Assembly (NCBI GenBank): GCA_963732655.1
Contig: CAVTAI010000003.1
Coordinates: forward strand, 4,940 to 68,939
Reading direction: 5' to 3'
DNA length: 64,000 nucleotides
Origin: an uncultured Acidobacteriota bacterium
Lineage (GTDB): Bacteria; Actinomycetota; Acidimicrobiia; Acidimicrobiales; SHLQ01
Shown: piece by piece, positions 1 through 7,857 of the stretch
Position numbering within the stretch: position 1 is the first letter of the stretch
Layout of the letters: each line of letters opens with the position of its first letter
Position numbers and translations under genes: made by a program
The notes under the pieces: model-generated
Told to the model about the DNA's origin: nothing
Databases searched by the model: none
Seen by the model: the letters and a program-made list of their open reading frames with translations, nothing else

Positions 1-1531
1 CGTGCAGCGTCCGCAGTGCGTCGATCAGCTTGGTGCGGTCCTCCTCACCGAGCTTGGACAGGGGCTTCGCGGTGTCGATGGCTGCGAGGGTGTCGTCGCC
101 GGCCTCCCAACGGAGACGAAGGGGGCGTTCGACTGTGATGCGCATGAACCCGAACGACTCGTTCGGCAGGATCTTCACCCGGTCGCCCTCGGTGAAGTCG
201 CCGTAGAGGCGAGTGATCTCGGCGATCTGGTCGGCGGAGATCTCCTTGCGCTTCTCGCCGAGGCTCTTGCGCATCTTCACGAATAGCTCGCGGGCATCGA
301 CAAGTTGAACCTTGCCGCGCCGTTCGGGGCTCTTGCGGTTGGTGACGATCCAGAAGTAGGTGGAGATCCCGGTGTTGTAGAACAGCTGGTCTGGGAGACC
401 GACGACAGCTTCGAGCCAGTCGTTCTCGATGAGCCAGCGGCGGATCTCCGATTCCCCCGACCCCGCAGCACCGTTGAACAGCGGGGAGCCATTGAAGACG
501 ATCGCCAAGCGAGAGCCGCCCTGCTCGATGGGCTTCATCTTCGAGATCATGTGCTGCAGGAACAGGAAGCTGCCGTCGTTGATTCTCGGCAGGCCGGCTC
601 CGAAGCGGCCGGCGAACCCGGCCTTGGCGTGTTCAGTGCGTACGGCGTCTTCGACCTTCTTCCACTCCACCCCGAACGGCGGGTTGGCGAGCAGGTAGTC
701 GAAGTGGGCGCCCTTGTGGCCATCCTCGCTGAAGGAGTTGCCGTGAGCGATGTGCGAAGCGTCCTGCCCCTTCAGCATCATGTCCGAGCGGCAGATCGCA
801 TAGGTCTCGGCGTTCAGCTCCTGGCCGTAGACCTCGAGCCGCGCTTCCGGGTGGGTGGAGCGCAGGTAGTCCTCTGCGATCGACAGCATTCCTCCTGTGC
901 CACACGCTGGGTCGAACAGCGTCTTCACCACTCCGGGCTTGGCGAGCAGGTCGTCGTCCTCGATGAACAGCAATCGAACCATCAGCTGGATCACCTCACG
1001 CGGCGTGAAGTGCTCACCAGCGGTCTCATTCGAGAGCTCCGAGAAGCGCCGGATCAACTCCTCGTACAGGTAGCCCGTCTCGATGTTCGACACGACCCCG
1101 GGGTGCAGGTCGATCTCGGCGAACTTCGACACAACCATGTACAGCAGTTTCGAGTTGTCGAGCCGAGTGATCTGCACGTCGAAGTCGAACTTGTCGATCA
1201 CGTCCCGAGCGCCGGTCGAGAACCCGGCGATGTAGCCGCGAAGGTTCCCAGCGACGTTGCCCGGGTCGTCGAGCAGCCGGCGGAAGTCGAGCTTCGAGGT
1301 GTTGAAGAACGGCTGCCCGGCGGCGGCTCGCAGGATCGCCTCACGGTCGCCATGCTTGGCGTGCTCGGCGAGCACCTTCGCCTTGGTCGGCTCCAACACG
1401 CAGTCGAGGCGGCGAAGCACGACCAGCGGCAAGATCACCTTGCCGTACTCGGACTGCTTGTAGTCCCCCCGCAGCAGATCAGCGACCGACCAGATGAACG
1501 CCGCATGGTTCTTGATCGTGGCTTCCGACAC
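1..1531 (-). CDS. hsdM: Type I restriction-modification N6-adenine DNA methyltransferase subunit (HsdM); the 3' end runs off the left edge of the window
   Basis: Not in the supplied ORF track because it has no stop inside the window. The reverse-strand frame from GTG at 1531..1529 (GGGGAG 5 nt upstream) is stop-free down to position 2. It reads VSEATIKNHAAFIWSVADLLRGDYKQSEYGKVILPLVVLRRLD..., FDPACGTGGML (SAM-binding motif) and YLLANPPFGVEWKK (NPPF catalytic motif, codons at 671..685). Confidence 0.9.
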   Translation of the reverse strand, partial: MSEATIKNHAAFIWSVADLLRGDYKQSEYGKVILPLVVLRRLDCVLEPTKAKVLAEHAKHGDREAILRAAAGQPFFNTSKLDFRRLLDDPGNVAGNLRGYIAGFSTGARDVIDKFDFDVQITRLDNSKLLYMVVSKFAEIDLHPGVVSNIETGYLYEELIRRFSELSNETAGEHFTPREVIQLMVRLLFIEDDDLLAKPGVVKTLFDPACGTGGMLSIAEDYLRSTHPEARLEVYGQELNAETYAICRSDMMLKGQDASHIAHGNSFSEDGHKGAHFDYLLANPPFGVEWKKVEDAVRTEHAKAGFAGRFGAGLPRINDGSFLFLQHMISKMKPIEQGGSRLAIVFNGSPLFNGAAGSGESEIRRWLIENDWLEAVVGLPDQLFYNTGISTYFWIVTNRKSPERRGKVQLVDARELFVKMRKSLGEKRKEISADQIAEITRLYGDFTEGDRVKILPNESFGFMRITVERPLRLRWEAGDDTLAAIDTAKPLSKLGEEDRTKLIDALRTLH

Positions 1532-1543
1532 TGCGCTCCCCAA

Positions 1544-1561
1544 GTTCCAGCCCGCTGGAAC
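1544..1561. promoter_or_regulatory. Perfect dyad GTTCCAG-cccg-CTGGAAC in the divergent hsdM / orphan-gene promoter region; possible operator
   Basis: 7-bp arms at 1544..1550 and 1555..1561, read directly. It lies 13 nt upstream of the hsdM start and about 70 nt upstream of the 1629 start. No binding protein has been identified. Confidence 0.3.
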
Positions 1562-1628
1562 ACCCAGAGACCGAATGCGAGCCTATTCCAGTCGAGGTGG
1601 TCACGCTGGACTTTAAGGTGAAGCGAGG

Positions 1629-2897
1629 ATGGCTGTGGCCCGAACGACGTCTCAGCGGAAAGCCGGCGTCACACCGCCTTGGCACACTGGGGACGTGGAC
1701 AACGACCCTGGGGTGGACGACGATGCAGAGGATCAGGGCCGAGGCGACCCGGCGGACGAACGCCCCGAGACCGGCGCGCGACGTGGCGGTGCTGTCACCC
1801 CCTCCCTCGACGCCTTTGCGTCCATTCAGCGCAGCCTTGCTCGCATCGACCTCGCCGCCATCCGAGCGGCTCAGCGTGCCGTTGAGGAGTCGGGTGCCTT
1901 GAGGAAGTTCGCCGAGGCGCAGAACGCCGTCGTGGCGAACTTCGCTCGCTCGATCGACTTCACCAGAATTGCCGCGGCGGTCCAGGGACTCACTGACGCG
2001 GGCGCCACTGCGCAGGCCATGGCAGCCCAGCGGCAGTGGGCCGAGACCCTCGCACAGTCCGTCGACTTCTCGGCATTGAACAGCGCCGTCGCATCGAGCG
2101 CCGTACTGGATTCGTTGGCGCGTACGAGTTCGGCCTTCAGCGAGTCGCTGCGCAAGGAGACTGAGCTCTTCTCCCGAATCGCCGAGCGCATCACGTTCGA
2201 CCTCCCAACGATCGACATGTCGGGCCTGCTCGCTGCCCTCGACCGCTGGATCCCGGTCAACCTCCGCCGCGTCGGTGCGCTCGACGCAGTCGCGATGATT
2301 GCGCTGGAGGAGGGGCTTCCGCTGAGTTGGGTACCGCGCGCCGAGATCGTGACCGTGCTGATCGAGGCCGAAAGCGCAGAGGATCGTGCCCTGATCCTCG
2401 CCGACCGCCGTGACGATGTTCTCGACGACTGCGAGGAGGCGGTCGCGTCCGCCGAGCATGAGTGGGCGGCCCAGTGCAGGAGTGCCATTGGTGCGATGCG
2501 AGCCGGCTTCGACGGCCCCGCCCAGTCCCACGCGTCGAACATCATCGACAGCATCGTCCTCACCTTCCACGGCAAGAATGGCCGCGAGCATGCAAAGAAG
2601 CACGCTCAGGCCGAGCTTGACGATCTCCCACTCCAGCTTGCCGCCGAGAACCTGACCCTTCGGCCGTTGTTCCGTGCCTTCACGACCTGGTTCCCCGGTT
2701 CCGGGATCGACCCGCCCCGCCACTTCTCGCGCCATGCGACGTCACATGCGGTCGGGCACCTGGGGGTGTTCGCCCCGATGTCCGCTCTGGTGGCGGTGAT
2801 GCTCGCCACATCACTGACAGTGCAGTACTGGCTGTACTACGGGAGTGACGCTGATCGCTCGTCAACCGGATCCGAGGCCCTCGACGGTGGCGAGTGA
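1629..2897 (+). CDS. Hypothetical protein, 422 aa: acidic, probably disordered N-terminus, helical body, hydrophobic C-terminal segment
   Basis: ORF track 1629..2897. Third codon positions are mostly G/C, unlike the overlapping minus-strand shadow ORFs. AAGGTG lies upstream of the ATG. I recognise no family motif. Confidence 0.6.
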   Translation: MAVARTTSQRKAGVTPPWHTGDVDNDPGVDDDAEDQGRGDPADERPETGARRGGAVTPSLDAFASIQRSLARIDLAAIRAAQRAVEESGALRKFAEAQNAVVANFARSIDFTRIAAAVQGLTDAGATAQAMAAQRQWAETLAQSVDFSALNSAVASSAVLDSLARTSSAFSESLRKETELFSRIAERITFDLPTIDMSGLLAALDRWIPVNLRRVGALDAVAMIALEEGLPLSWVPRAEIVTVLIEAESAEDRALILADRRDDVLDDCEEAVASAEHEWAAQCRSAIGAMRAGFDGPAQSHASNIIDSIVLTFHGKNGREHAKKHAQAELDDLPLQLAAENLTLRPLFRAFTTWFPGSGIDPPRHFSRHATSHAVGHLGVFAPMSALVAVMLATSLTVQYWLYYGSDADRSSTGSEALDGGE

Positions 2898-2964
2898 GCT
2901 ATCGGGGCGGACGATCGCCCTCGATCCTGCGTCCGAGGTTGTGGAGTCTGGAAGTCGCGCAGCT

Positions 2965-4509
2965 TCATACTTCGAATGCGAGTCGCAGGCCGTCGCGATC
3001 TGCCTCGTCTAGGATGCCAACGTTGTGAAGGTGCTCGAGTAGGGCGGCCCGGCTCACCTGCAACCGGGCTGCAACCGCCTCGATGCCCTGTCGAGTATCG
3101 ACCCGAGCATCTGTCTCGGCGATTGCCAACGTAACAAGAGAAGGAGGCATCAGGAGCCAGGCGGCAAAGGCGTTCGCTCGCTGCTCGATGGCCCGCGGTG
3201 CCCAGGGGCCACTAGCGATCGCCAGGCGTGACCCGAACGATCGATCGTGGAGCAGATGGCACAACTCGTGTGCGAGTGTGAACCGCCGACCGGTGCGCGA
3301 TGAGTTGGCGGGGCTCTGCGAGTTCAAGGCGACTGTCGGGCTGTGATGGCCGCTGACGAATGCAACGGCTCGGAGCTGTCGGTCATCGAGAGTCGAATCC
3401 GATACCCGGACGCCCCAGCCAGCCAACAGTGCCTCAATGTCCACCGCCGAACCGTCGAGATCATCGGCGATGTCGTCGAGTAGGTCGGCGGCCAGTTCAT
3501 AGCCTTGTTGCCACGGTCGCCGGGTGACGTCGATTGGTTCGTCGAAGACGAAAGTGGCCAATCCGTCTGTCGGCGCCGGCTCGTAAGCCTCAAGGAGGAG
3601 AGTCGCGAGCCTCTCAGCATCGTCCATCGTGATCGTCGGACTTGCGGACCCGAAGAGGAGGGCGGCATCGCAGCTCCCCGTAAGAACGAGTTCCGACGCC
3701 TGCGTTCCTCCGAACACCGCATCGAACGCCTCACCATCGCGGAGCTGGGAAGCGCGGTCTTTGATCTGTCGCCAGCGATCAGCCATCCGGGCGCGGTCGA
3801 AGCCGAGACCAGCAATCCAACCTGTTCGTTCTTCGGTTCGCCCGTAGTCCCGAAGACTGCTCACAGCCAGCGCCAGCGTGCTGCAGCGCTCCGAGGTCGG
3901 GAGCTGCTCCCTGAGCCAACTTGAAGCGCTCTCAAGCACGTCGAAGAGTGGACCAGCGACAGTCGTTGGCTCTAGATGGGCAGCGCCTTCGGCTGTGAGG
4001 AATTCAACGTTGTCGGCGCCTGCTATCTCGAAGCTCCGCCAGGAGACCTCAATCCGATCTCCCAGCCTGCGCAAGCGAACATCAGGCAAGATCCCACCAT
4101 CACGGGAGGAACGTAGCGAGTGCCTCTGCTCCCATTCGTAGCTGGCATCTAGTGCCATTGGGTTCGCCTCGACGTCCCCAGTCGTGAGGGCGGCCGGTAC
4201 GCCACCAATGTCTGTTGCCGCCGTCATGCTCTTGACGCCGATGGGTGGGCGCTGCTCGTGCAGTAGCGGATCCCAGTTCGCAGCGAGCCACTCGAGGAGC
4301 GGCAACATGTACCAGTGGGACGCGTGGAGTGTTTCGCCCTGGTCGATATGCGCACACAGGTTCACGCCACGAACCCAGATCTGGATTGCACCCCAGCTCT
4401 CGGCCATCTCGGGGGTGGCGCCAGCGCCCTCATCGGGATCGCGATGGAACGAGAGCCGGACGGCGAACGAGGACGTGTCACCGGCAAATCGCTCCCAGCG
4501 GACGCTCAT
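2965..4509 (-). CDS. 514-aa protein with a C-terminal ImmA/IrrE-family (COG2856-like) zinc metallopeptidase domain; N-terminal ~370 aa unrecognised
   Basis: FTLAHELCHLLHD (HEXXH) followed by EQRANAFAAWLLMP near the C-terminus. I moved the start from the track's 4647 to ATG 4509..4507 (MSVRWERF...), which forms an ATGA overlap with the stop of the upstream small gene (4506..4508). Confidence 0.75.
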   Translation of the reverse strand: MSVRWERFAGDTSSFAVRLSFHRDPDEGAGATPEMAESWGAIQIWVRGVNLCAHIDQGETLHASHWYMLPLLEWLAANWDPLLHEQRPPIGVKSMTAATDIGGVPAALTTGDVEANPMALDASYEWEQRHSLRSSRDGGILPDVRLRRLGDRIEVSWRSFEIAGADNVEFLTAEGAAHLEPTTVAGPLFDVLESASSWLREQLPTSERCSTLALAVSSLRDYGRTEERTGWIAGLGFDRARMADRWRQIKDRASQLRDGEAFDAVFGGTQASELVLTGSCDAALLFGSASPTITMDDAERLATLLLEAYEPAPTDGLATFVFDEPIDVTRRPWQQGYELAADLLDDIADDLDGSAVDIEALLAGWGVRVSDSTLDDRQLRAVAFVSGHHSPTVALNSQSPANSSRTGRRFTLAHELCHLLHDRSFGSRLAIASGPWAPRAIEQRANAFAAWLLMPPSLVTLAIAETDARVDTRQGIEAVAARLQVSRAALLEHLHNVGILDEADRDGLRLAFEV

Positions 4510-4835
4510 CTGCTGCGCCTCGTAGCTCGGCGTAGGGTTCGTCGATCCACGGACCCGCTTGTGAGCCAGTCCTTCAGCACGGACGGCGGGACCTCGTCCC
4601 ACGAAACCGGATAGCCGTGCCAGAGGTTGGCAGCCTCGTCGTGGCACTGGCCGCAGAAGGCCTGGTCGCCGTCGGTTGCGAACCGCTTCCGGCCGTAGAG
4701 AGCGCTCTCACCGAGAAGGCGCGCTGCGTCCACGCCTCGGGGGCAGATGGAGCCCCTTCGGCCCGGTGTCGGTATCGGTTTGTGCTTCGGGTTGGGTTCG
4801 TACTCCATGACCTGCCCACACGGTACTGTCCCCAC
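4506..4835 (-). CDS. Small Cys/His-containing protein (100-109 aa), function unknown; possible nuclease-type toxin (speculative)
   Basis: ORF track 4506..4835 (GTG start). An internal ATG at 4808..4806 gives MEYEPNPKHKP.... The G/C third-position bias looks like coding sequence. The stop overlaps the start of the downstream gene (ATGA). Motifs: YEPNPKH, GRKRF, CGQCHDE, WHGYPVSW. Confidence 0.55.
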   Translation of the reverse strand: MGTVPCGQVMEYEPNPKHKPIPTPGRRGSICPRGVDAARLLGESALYGRKRFATDGDQAFCGQCHDEAANLWHGYPVSWDEVPPSVLKDWLTSGSVDRRTLRRATRRSR

Positions 4836-5064
4836 CGCGGCTCACGATTGGTTTGACCGAGAGGAGTCCCGCTGACTGCGGCTGGCGGGACCGCTTGGTG
4901 CTCGGCCTCACCCCGCTGCGGATCCGGCGGCGGCTCCCGCCGGTGCCTACGCGACATGGCCTTTGACCGCAACGGAAGCGTTGTGGTCAAGACACCCATC
5001 GGGCCCCCGCCACGGTGGGCCGTCGAGGGTGGCGAGGGCTCTGCGGCTCGGGCGGTTCGTTTAC

Positions 5065-6534
5065 TCATGAGACGCCGGCCTCGACCGGCACCGGTTGGAC
5101 TCGGCTGGGGTCGAAGTAGCGACCCCGCTTGCCCTTTCTGATGACGACGTGCTCGACGAACAGGCCGACGAGGGCGCGTTGCTGGTCCAGGTCGAGGCGA
5201 TCCCAGCTGTCGGCTGTCACGCCCTCGAAAGCCGTGCCGTCGAGGCTGGGGTCGACAGTCAACTGGTCGAGCCGTCGCCTCGCGAGTAGTAGGCGAGCGT
5301 GGACCGGATCCTGTGCGGCGAGGAACTGCGCACGGTTGATCCGCTGCGCGCCGTAGTCCGCCGCAAGGTCCGCGAGGAACTGCTCATCGGTCTCGATCGA
5401 GGCGACCAACTGGTGGGCGTCTCCGCCAGTTCGACGAGCGCGGGCGGTTGCGATGTCGGTGTGTTCGAGCGCGGCGAGCACGTAGTCGACGACGATCTGC
5501 TCGACGTAGTCGGCCTTCACCGTGTTGGAGCCGCAACCGTGCCGGTTCGCCTTGTCGCACGCGAGCGTCCGACGGGGCGGGCGTTGCCCCGGCCTGAGCT
5601 GCTTGTCCATACGCTCGCTGACGGCGGCCATCACCGAGCCGCACTCGGCGCACCGGCACATCCCCGCGAGCAGGTTGACCTTCGGCCGGCGACCGATGGG
5701 CGCATGGGCGAGACGGGAACACACCTGCTCCCACGTCGCCCGGTCGAGGATCGGTTCCCAGTTCGCCTCGCCGACCACTGTGCCCTTCGACTCCCGGAGG
5801 CCGGTGATCCGGCCCGACCTCAGGACCATGCCGAGCGAACCTGGTCGCCACTTCTTGCCGTGTGGCGATGGGATGCCTCGCTCGTTGAAGTCGACGACAA
5901 TCGACGCCAGCGACTGCCCACCCAGCACGCGCGCTGCAACTTCTCGAAGCACGTCCGCCTCTTCCGGCACGACCTCGATCCGGCCCTGTGCGACTCGCCG
6001 GTAGCCGTATGAGCGGCCGCCGCCGTGGGCGTTGCCGCGCTCGGCGTTCTGGTGGTGCTTGGCGCTGACGCGTTCACCGATTCGAGCGGACTCGTGCTCG
6101 GCCGCGGCGCCGAGGACCTGGGCGGTGAACCGGCCACTCGCCGTGTTGAGGTCGACGTGGCCGGCAGCGACTGTCCGGATCTCGACGCCGGCGGAGGCAA
6201 CCACTTTCGTCAGCTCGACGAGGTCGGCGAGCCGCCGGTACAACCGGTCGGGGTGGTACGCCACGATCACATCGATCTCGTGCCGGCGGACGAGCTCGAG
6301 CAGGCGCTCGTACTCGGGGCGGCACGCACCGGAGTAAGCGCTCAGGTCGTTGTCGATGAGCACCTCGTCGACGCTCCATCCCTCCAGTTCGGCCAGATGG
6401 CGGCAACCGTCGATCTGTCGGCCGACTCCAGCCGCCTCGCCGACCTTGTCCAACGAGATCCGGGCATAGATCGCCGCACGCCCGACCGGCGCGTCTGCCC
6501 CTGTGCGGAGGTTCGACTGTCGCTTTGCGGTCAT
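5065..6534 (-). CDS. Large serine recombinase (phage/ICE integrase type)
   Basis: N-terminal resolvase-type catalytic region AAIYARISLDK...GRQ. Recombinase domain and Cys-rich zinc-ribbon region (CRCAECGS...ACDKANRHGCGS). Helical C-terminal tail. 489 aa. Confidence 0.92.
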   Translation of the reverse strand: MTAKRQSNLRTGADAPVGRAAIYARISLDKVGEAAGVGRQIDGCRHLAELEGWSVDEVLIDNDLSAYSGACRPEYERLLELVRRHEIDVIVAYHPDRLYRRLADLVELTKVVASAGVEIRTVAAGHVDLNTASGRFTAQVLGAAAEHESARIGERVSAKHHQNAERGNAHGGGRSYGYRRVAQGRIEVVPEEADVLREVAARVLGGQSLASIVVDFNERGIPSPHGKKWRPGSLGMVLRSGRITGLRESKGTVVGEANWEPILDRATWEQVCSRLAHAPIGRRPKVNLLAGMCRCAECGSVMAAVSERMDKQLRPGQRPPRRTLACDKANRHGCGSNTVKADYVEQIVVDYVLAALEHTDIATARARRTGGDAHQLVASIETDEQFLADLAADYGAQRINRAQFLAAQDPVHARLLLARRRLDQLTVDPSLDGTAFEGVTADSWDRLDLDQQRALVGLFVEHVVIRKGKRGRYFDPSRVQPVPVEAGVS

Positions 6535-6610
6535 TCGCTGCGCTGGCTCCTCGGCTGCTCGGGACTCCCTTCTGAAGTCCCACCTGTGGGAGCTGCTCAG
6601 CGCGTCGTGA

Positions 6611-7447
6611 TTACCTCAGAAATTTCGAGGTGGTGTTGTCGGCCAGCACTTTGCCGCCGGTCTGACAAGTGGCGCAGTAGCTGACGGTGTACGAGTTGTA
6701 CTCCACCGCGCGGATCTTGTCGCCGCACACGGGGCACGGCTCGCCCGTCCGGCCGTGGACCCGCCCCGGCCGCTCTTTCGATGACGACATGTCGTCCCGG
6801 GCGTGTTCGTACGCGAGACCCTCATGGATGGCGTCGGCGATGGCCCGGTGAAGCTGGGCGATCTGGTCGTCCGTGAGTTTGGCGGTGCTGGCGAACGGGG
6901 ACAGCCGGGCGCGGTGGCAGATCTCGTTGGCGAGACGGCGCCCGACCCCGGCCACGTGATGCTGATCACGGAGGAACGTGTGGAGCCGCTTCGATGTCGA
7001 CCGCACGATGGCGCCGAGGGTCGCCGGATCGACGGTGTCGGCATCGGGGCCGAGCGCGCCGAGCGGAACCTGCCCCTCGGGGGGGCCGGCGACCACCCAG
7101 ACGCCCGCCTTGTGCTCGGTCCCGGCCTCGGTGAGGAGCACGGCGCGACCATCGGTGAACACCCAGCGGGCCAGCCCGCCGCGGGCCTTGGGGGACTGCT
7201 TCTCGTCGGGCCGGAGTCGTCCACCTTGCATCAGGTGAACGACGAAGGTCACGGGCTCGAACTCGATGAGCAGGTACTTGGCCCGCTGCCCCACGCGGAG
7301 CAACGGTGTCCCTACGGCCTCCTCCGGGCGTGGTACCGCCGTCTTGAGCGCCGTGAAGCTGAGGGCGCGGAACCGATCGAGCTCAGCACCGGAGAACGCC
7401 GCCGTGAGGCGTTCGGCGTGGGCGCGCACTTCGGGCAGTTCCGGCAC
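6611..7447 (-). CDS. Fpg/Nei-family DNA glycosylase / AP lyase
   Basis: N-terminal MPELPEV catalytic motif, H2TH region, C-terminal zinc finger CPVCGDKIRAVEYNSYTVSYCATCQ. Confidence 0.9.
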   Translation of the reverse strand: MPELPEVRAHAERLTAAFSGAELDRFRALSFTALKTAVPRPEEAVGTPLLRVGQRAKYLLIEFEPVTFVVHLMQGGRLRPDEKQSPKARGGLARWVFTDGRAVLLTEAGTEHKAGVWVVAGPPEGQVPLGALGPDADTVDPATLGAIVRSTSKRLHTFLRDQHHVAGVGRRLANEICHRARLSPFASTAKLTDDQIAQLHRAIADAIHEGLAYEHARDDMSSSKERPGRVHGRTGEPCPVCGDKIRAVEYNSYTVSYCATCQTGGKVLADNTTSKFLR

Positions 7448-7462
7448 GAGCGACCTCCTGGC

Positions 7463-7846
7463 CTACGTGGCGGGCTCGGACGAGCGGAGCGCAGCCAAGA
7501 CATCCGTGAGCTCGACCAGGAGCTCTCGGTGACGGAGGAGCGCCTCGGTGTCGCCCGACAACTGGAGACGACCGTCGATGAAGGCGCGCTGGGCGCTGAG
7601 GCGGCCGTCGGCGATGGCGGTTGCGGACTGGTGGTCGAGAGCGAACGTGACGTCGGTCGACGGGGGCTGTCCCGGCTCGACTCGGGCGCCACCCGGCCCG
7701 AACGCCACGTGGTACTCCACCCGCCCGAATCCGGGGACCCCGTCGACCACATAGGTGAGGACGAGCGGCTCCGGCGAGGCCGGGAAGGCCGCCGCCATGG
7801 CGACCCCGGCCGCGGCGATCCATTCCGGAGAGAGGTACATGATCAC
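7463..7846 (-). CDS. SCP2 sterol-binding-domain protein
   Basis: 127 aa. ...AIADGRLSAQRAFIDGRLQLSGDTEALLRH... is the typical SCP2 C-terminal signature. Sits immediately upstream of the glycosylase gene on the same strand. Confidence 0.75.
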   Translation of the reverse strand: MIMYLSPEWIAAAGVAMAAAFPASPEPLVLTYVVDGVPGFGRVEYHVAFGPGGARVEPGQPPSTDVTFALDHQSATAIADGRLSAQRAFIDGRLQLSGDTEALLRHRELLVELTDVLAALRSSEPAT

Positions 7847-7857
7847 CTCCGCAGTGT

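Larger units (their letters stand above)
1..6610. mobile_element. Right-hand portion of an integrated genomic island or prophage remnant; left boundary is outside the window
   Basis: The serine recombinase is the last gene before the core gene (Fpg/Nei at 6611). The cargo is an R-M methylase plus orphans. Codon third positions of the cargo genes carry visibly more A/T than the core genes further right. The junction is expected within 6535..6610. Confidence 0.6.

Noticed and set aside
305-1621. 438-aa plus-strand ORF, the longest track entry at the left edge
   Set aside because: It lies exactly antisense to the hsdM reading frame, which carries unmistakable methyltransferase motifs. Its translation is low-complexity (G/V/E/R/L-rich) with no motif. 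It is a typical high-GC shadow ORF.
1479-2735. 418-aa minus-strand ORF (and the nested 1871..2575 ORF) overlapping the 422-aa orphan
   Set aside because: The translation is R/G/A-rich. The plus-strand frame at 1629..2897 has the better G/C third-position bias and a Shine-Dalgarno-like sequence. Treated as a shadow ORF, but confidence in the plus-strand orphan is only moderate.
4574-5068. 164-aa ORF whose ATG overlaps the recombinase stop (ATGA at 5065..5068), a possible small gene between the recombinase and the toxin-like gene
   Set aside because: By hand count its first ~78 codons (5068..4836) have only background-level G/C at third positions. The translation is R/P/S/T-rich. Its distal half overlaps the better-supported 4506..4835 gene in another frame. 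The 4836..5064 stretch is more likely a non-coding spacer or promoter. A very short peptide cannot be excluded.
6561-6581. The dyad GGGACT-N9-AGTCCC as a rho-independent terminator of the glycosylase gene
   Set aside because: The stem is short (6 bp) with a 9-nt loop, and no U tract follows on the minus-strand transcript. It could equally be part of the recombinase promoter or att region. Left unassigned and mentioned only under the island finding.
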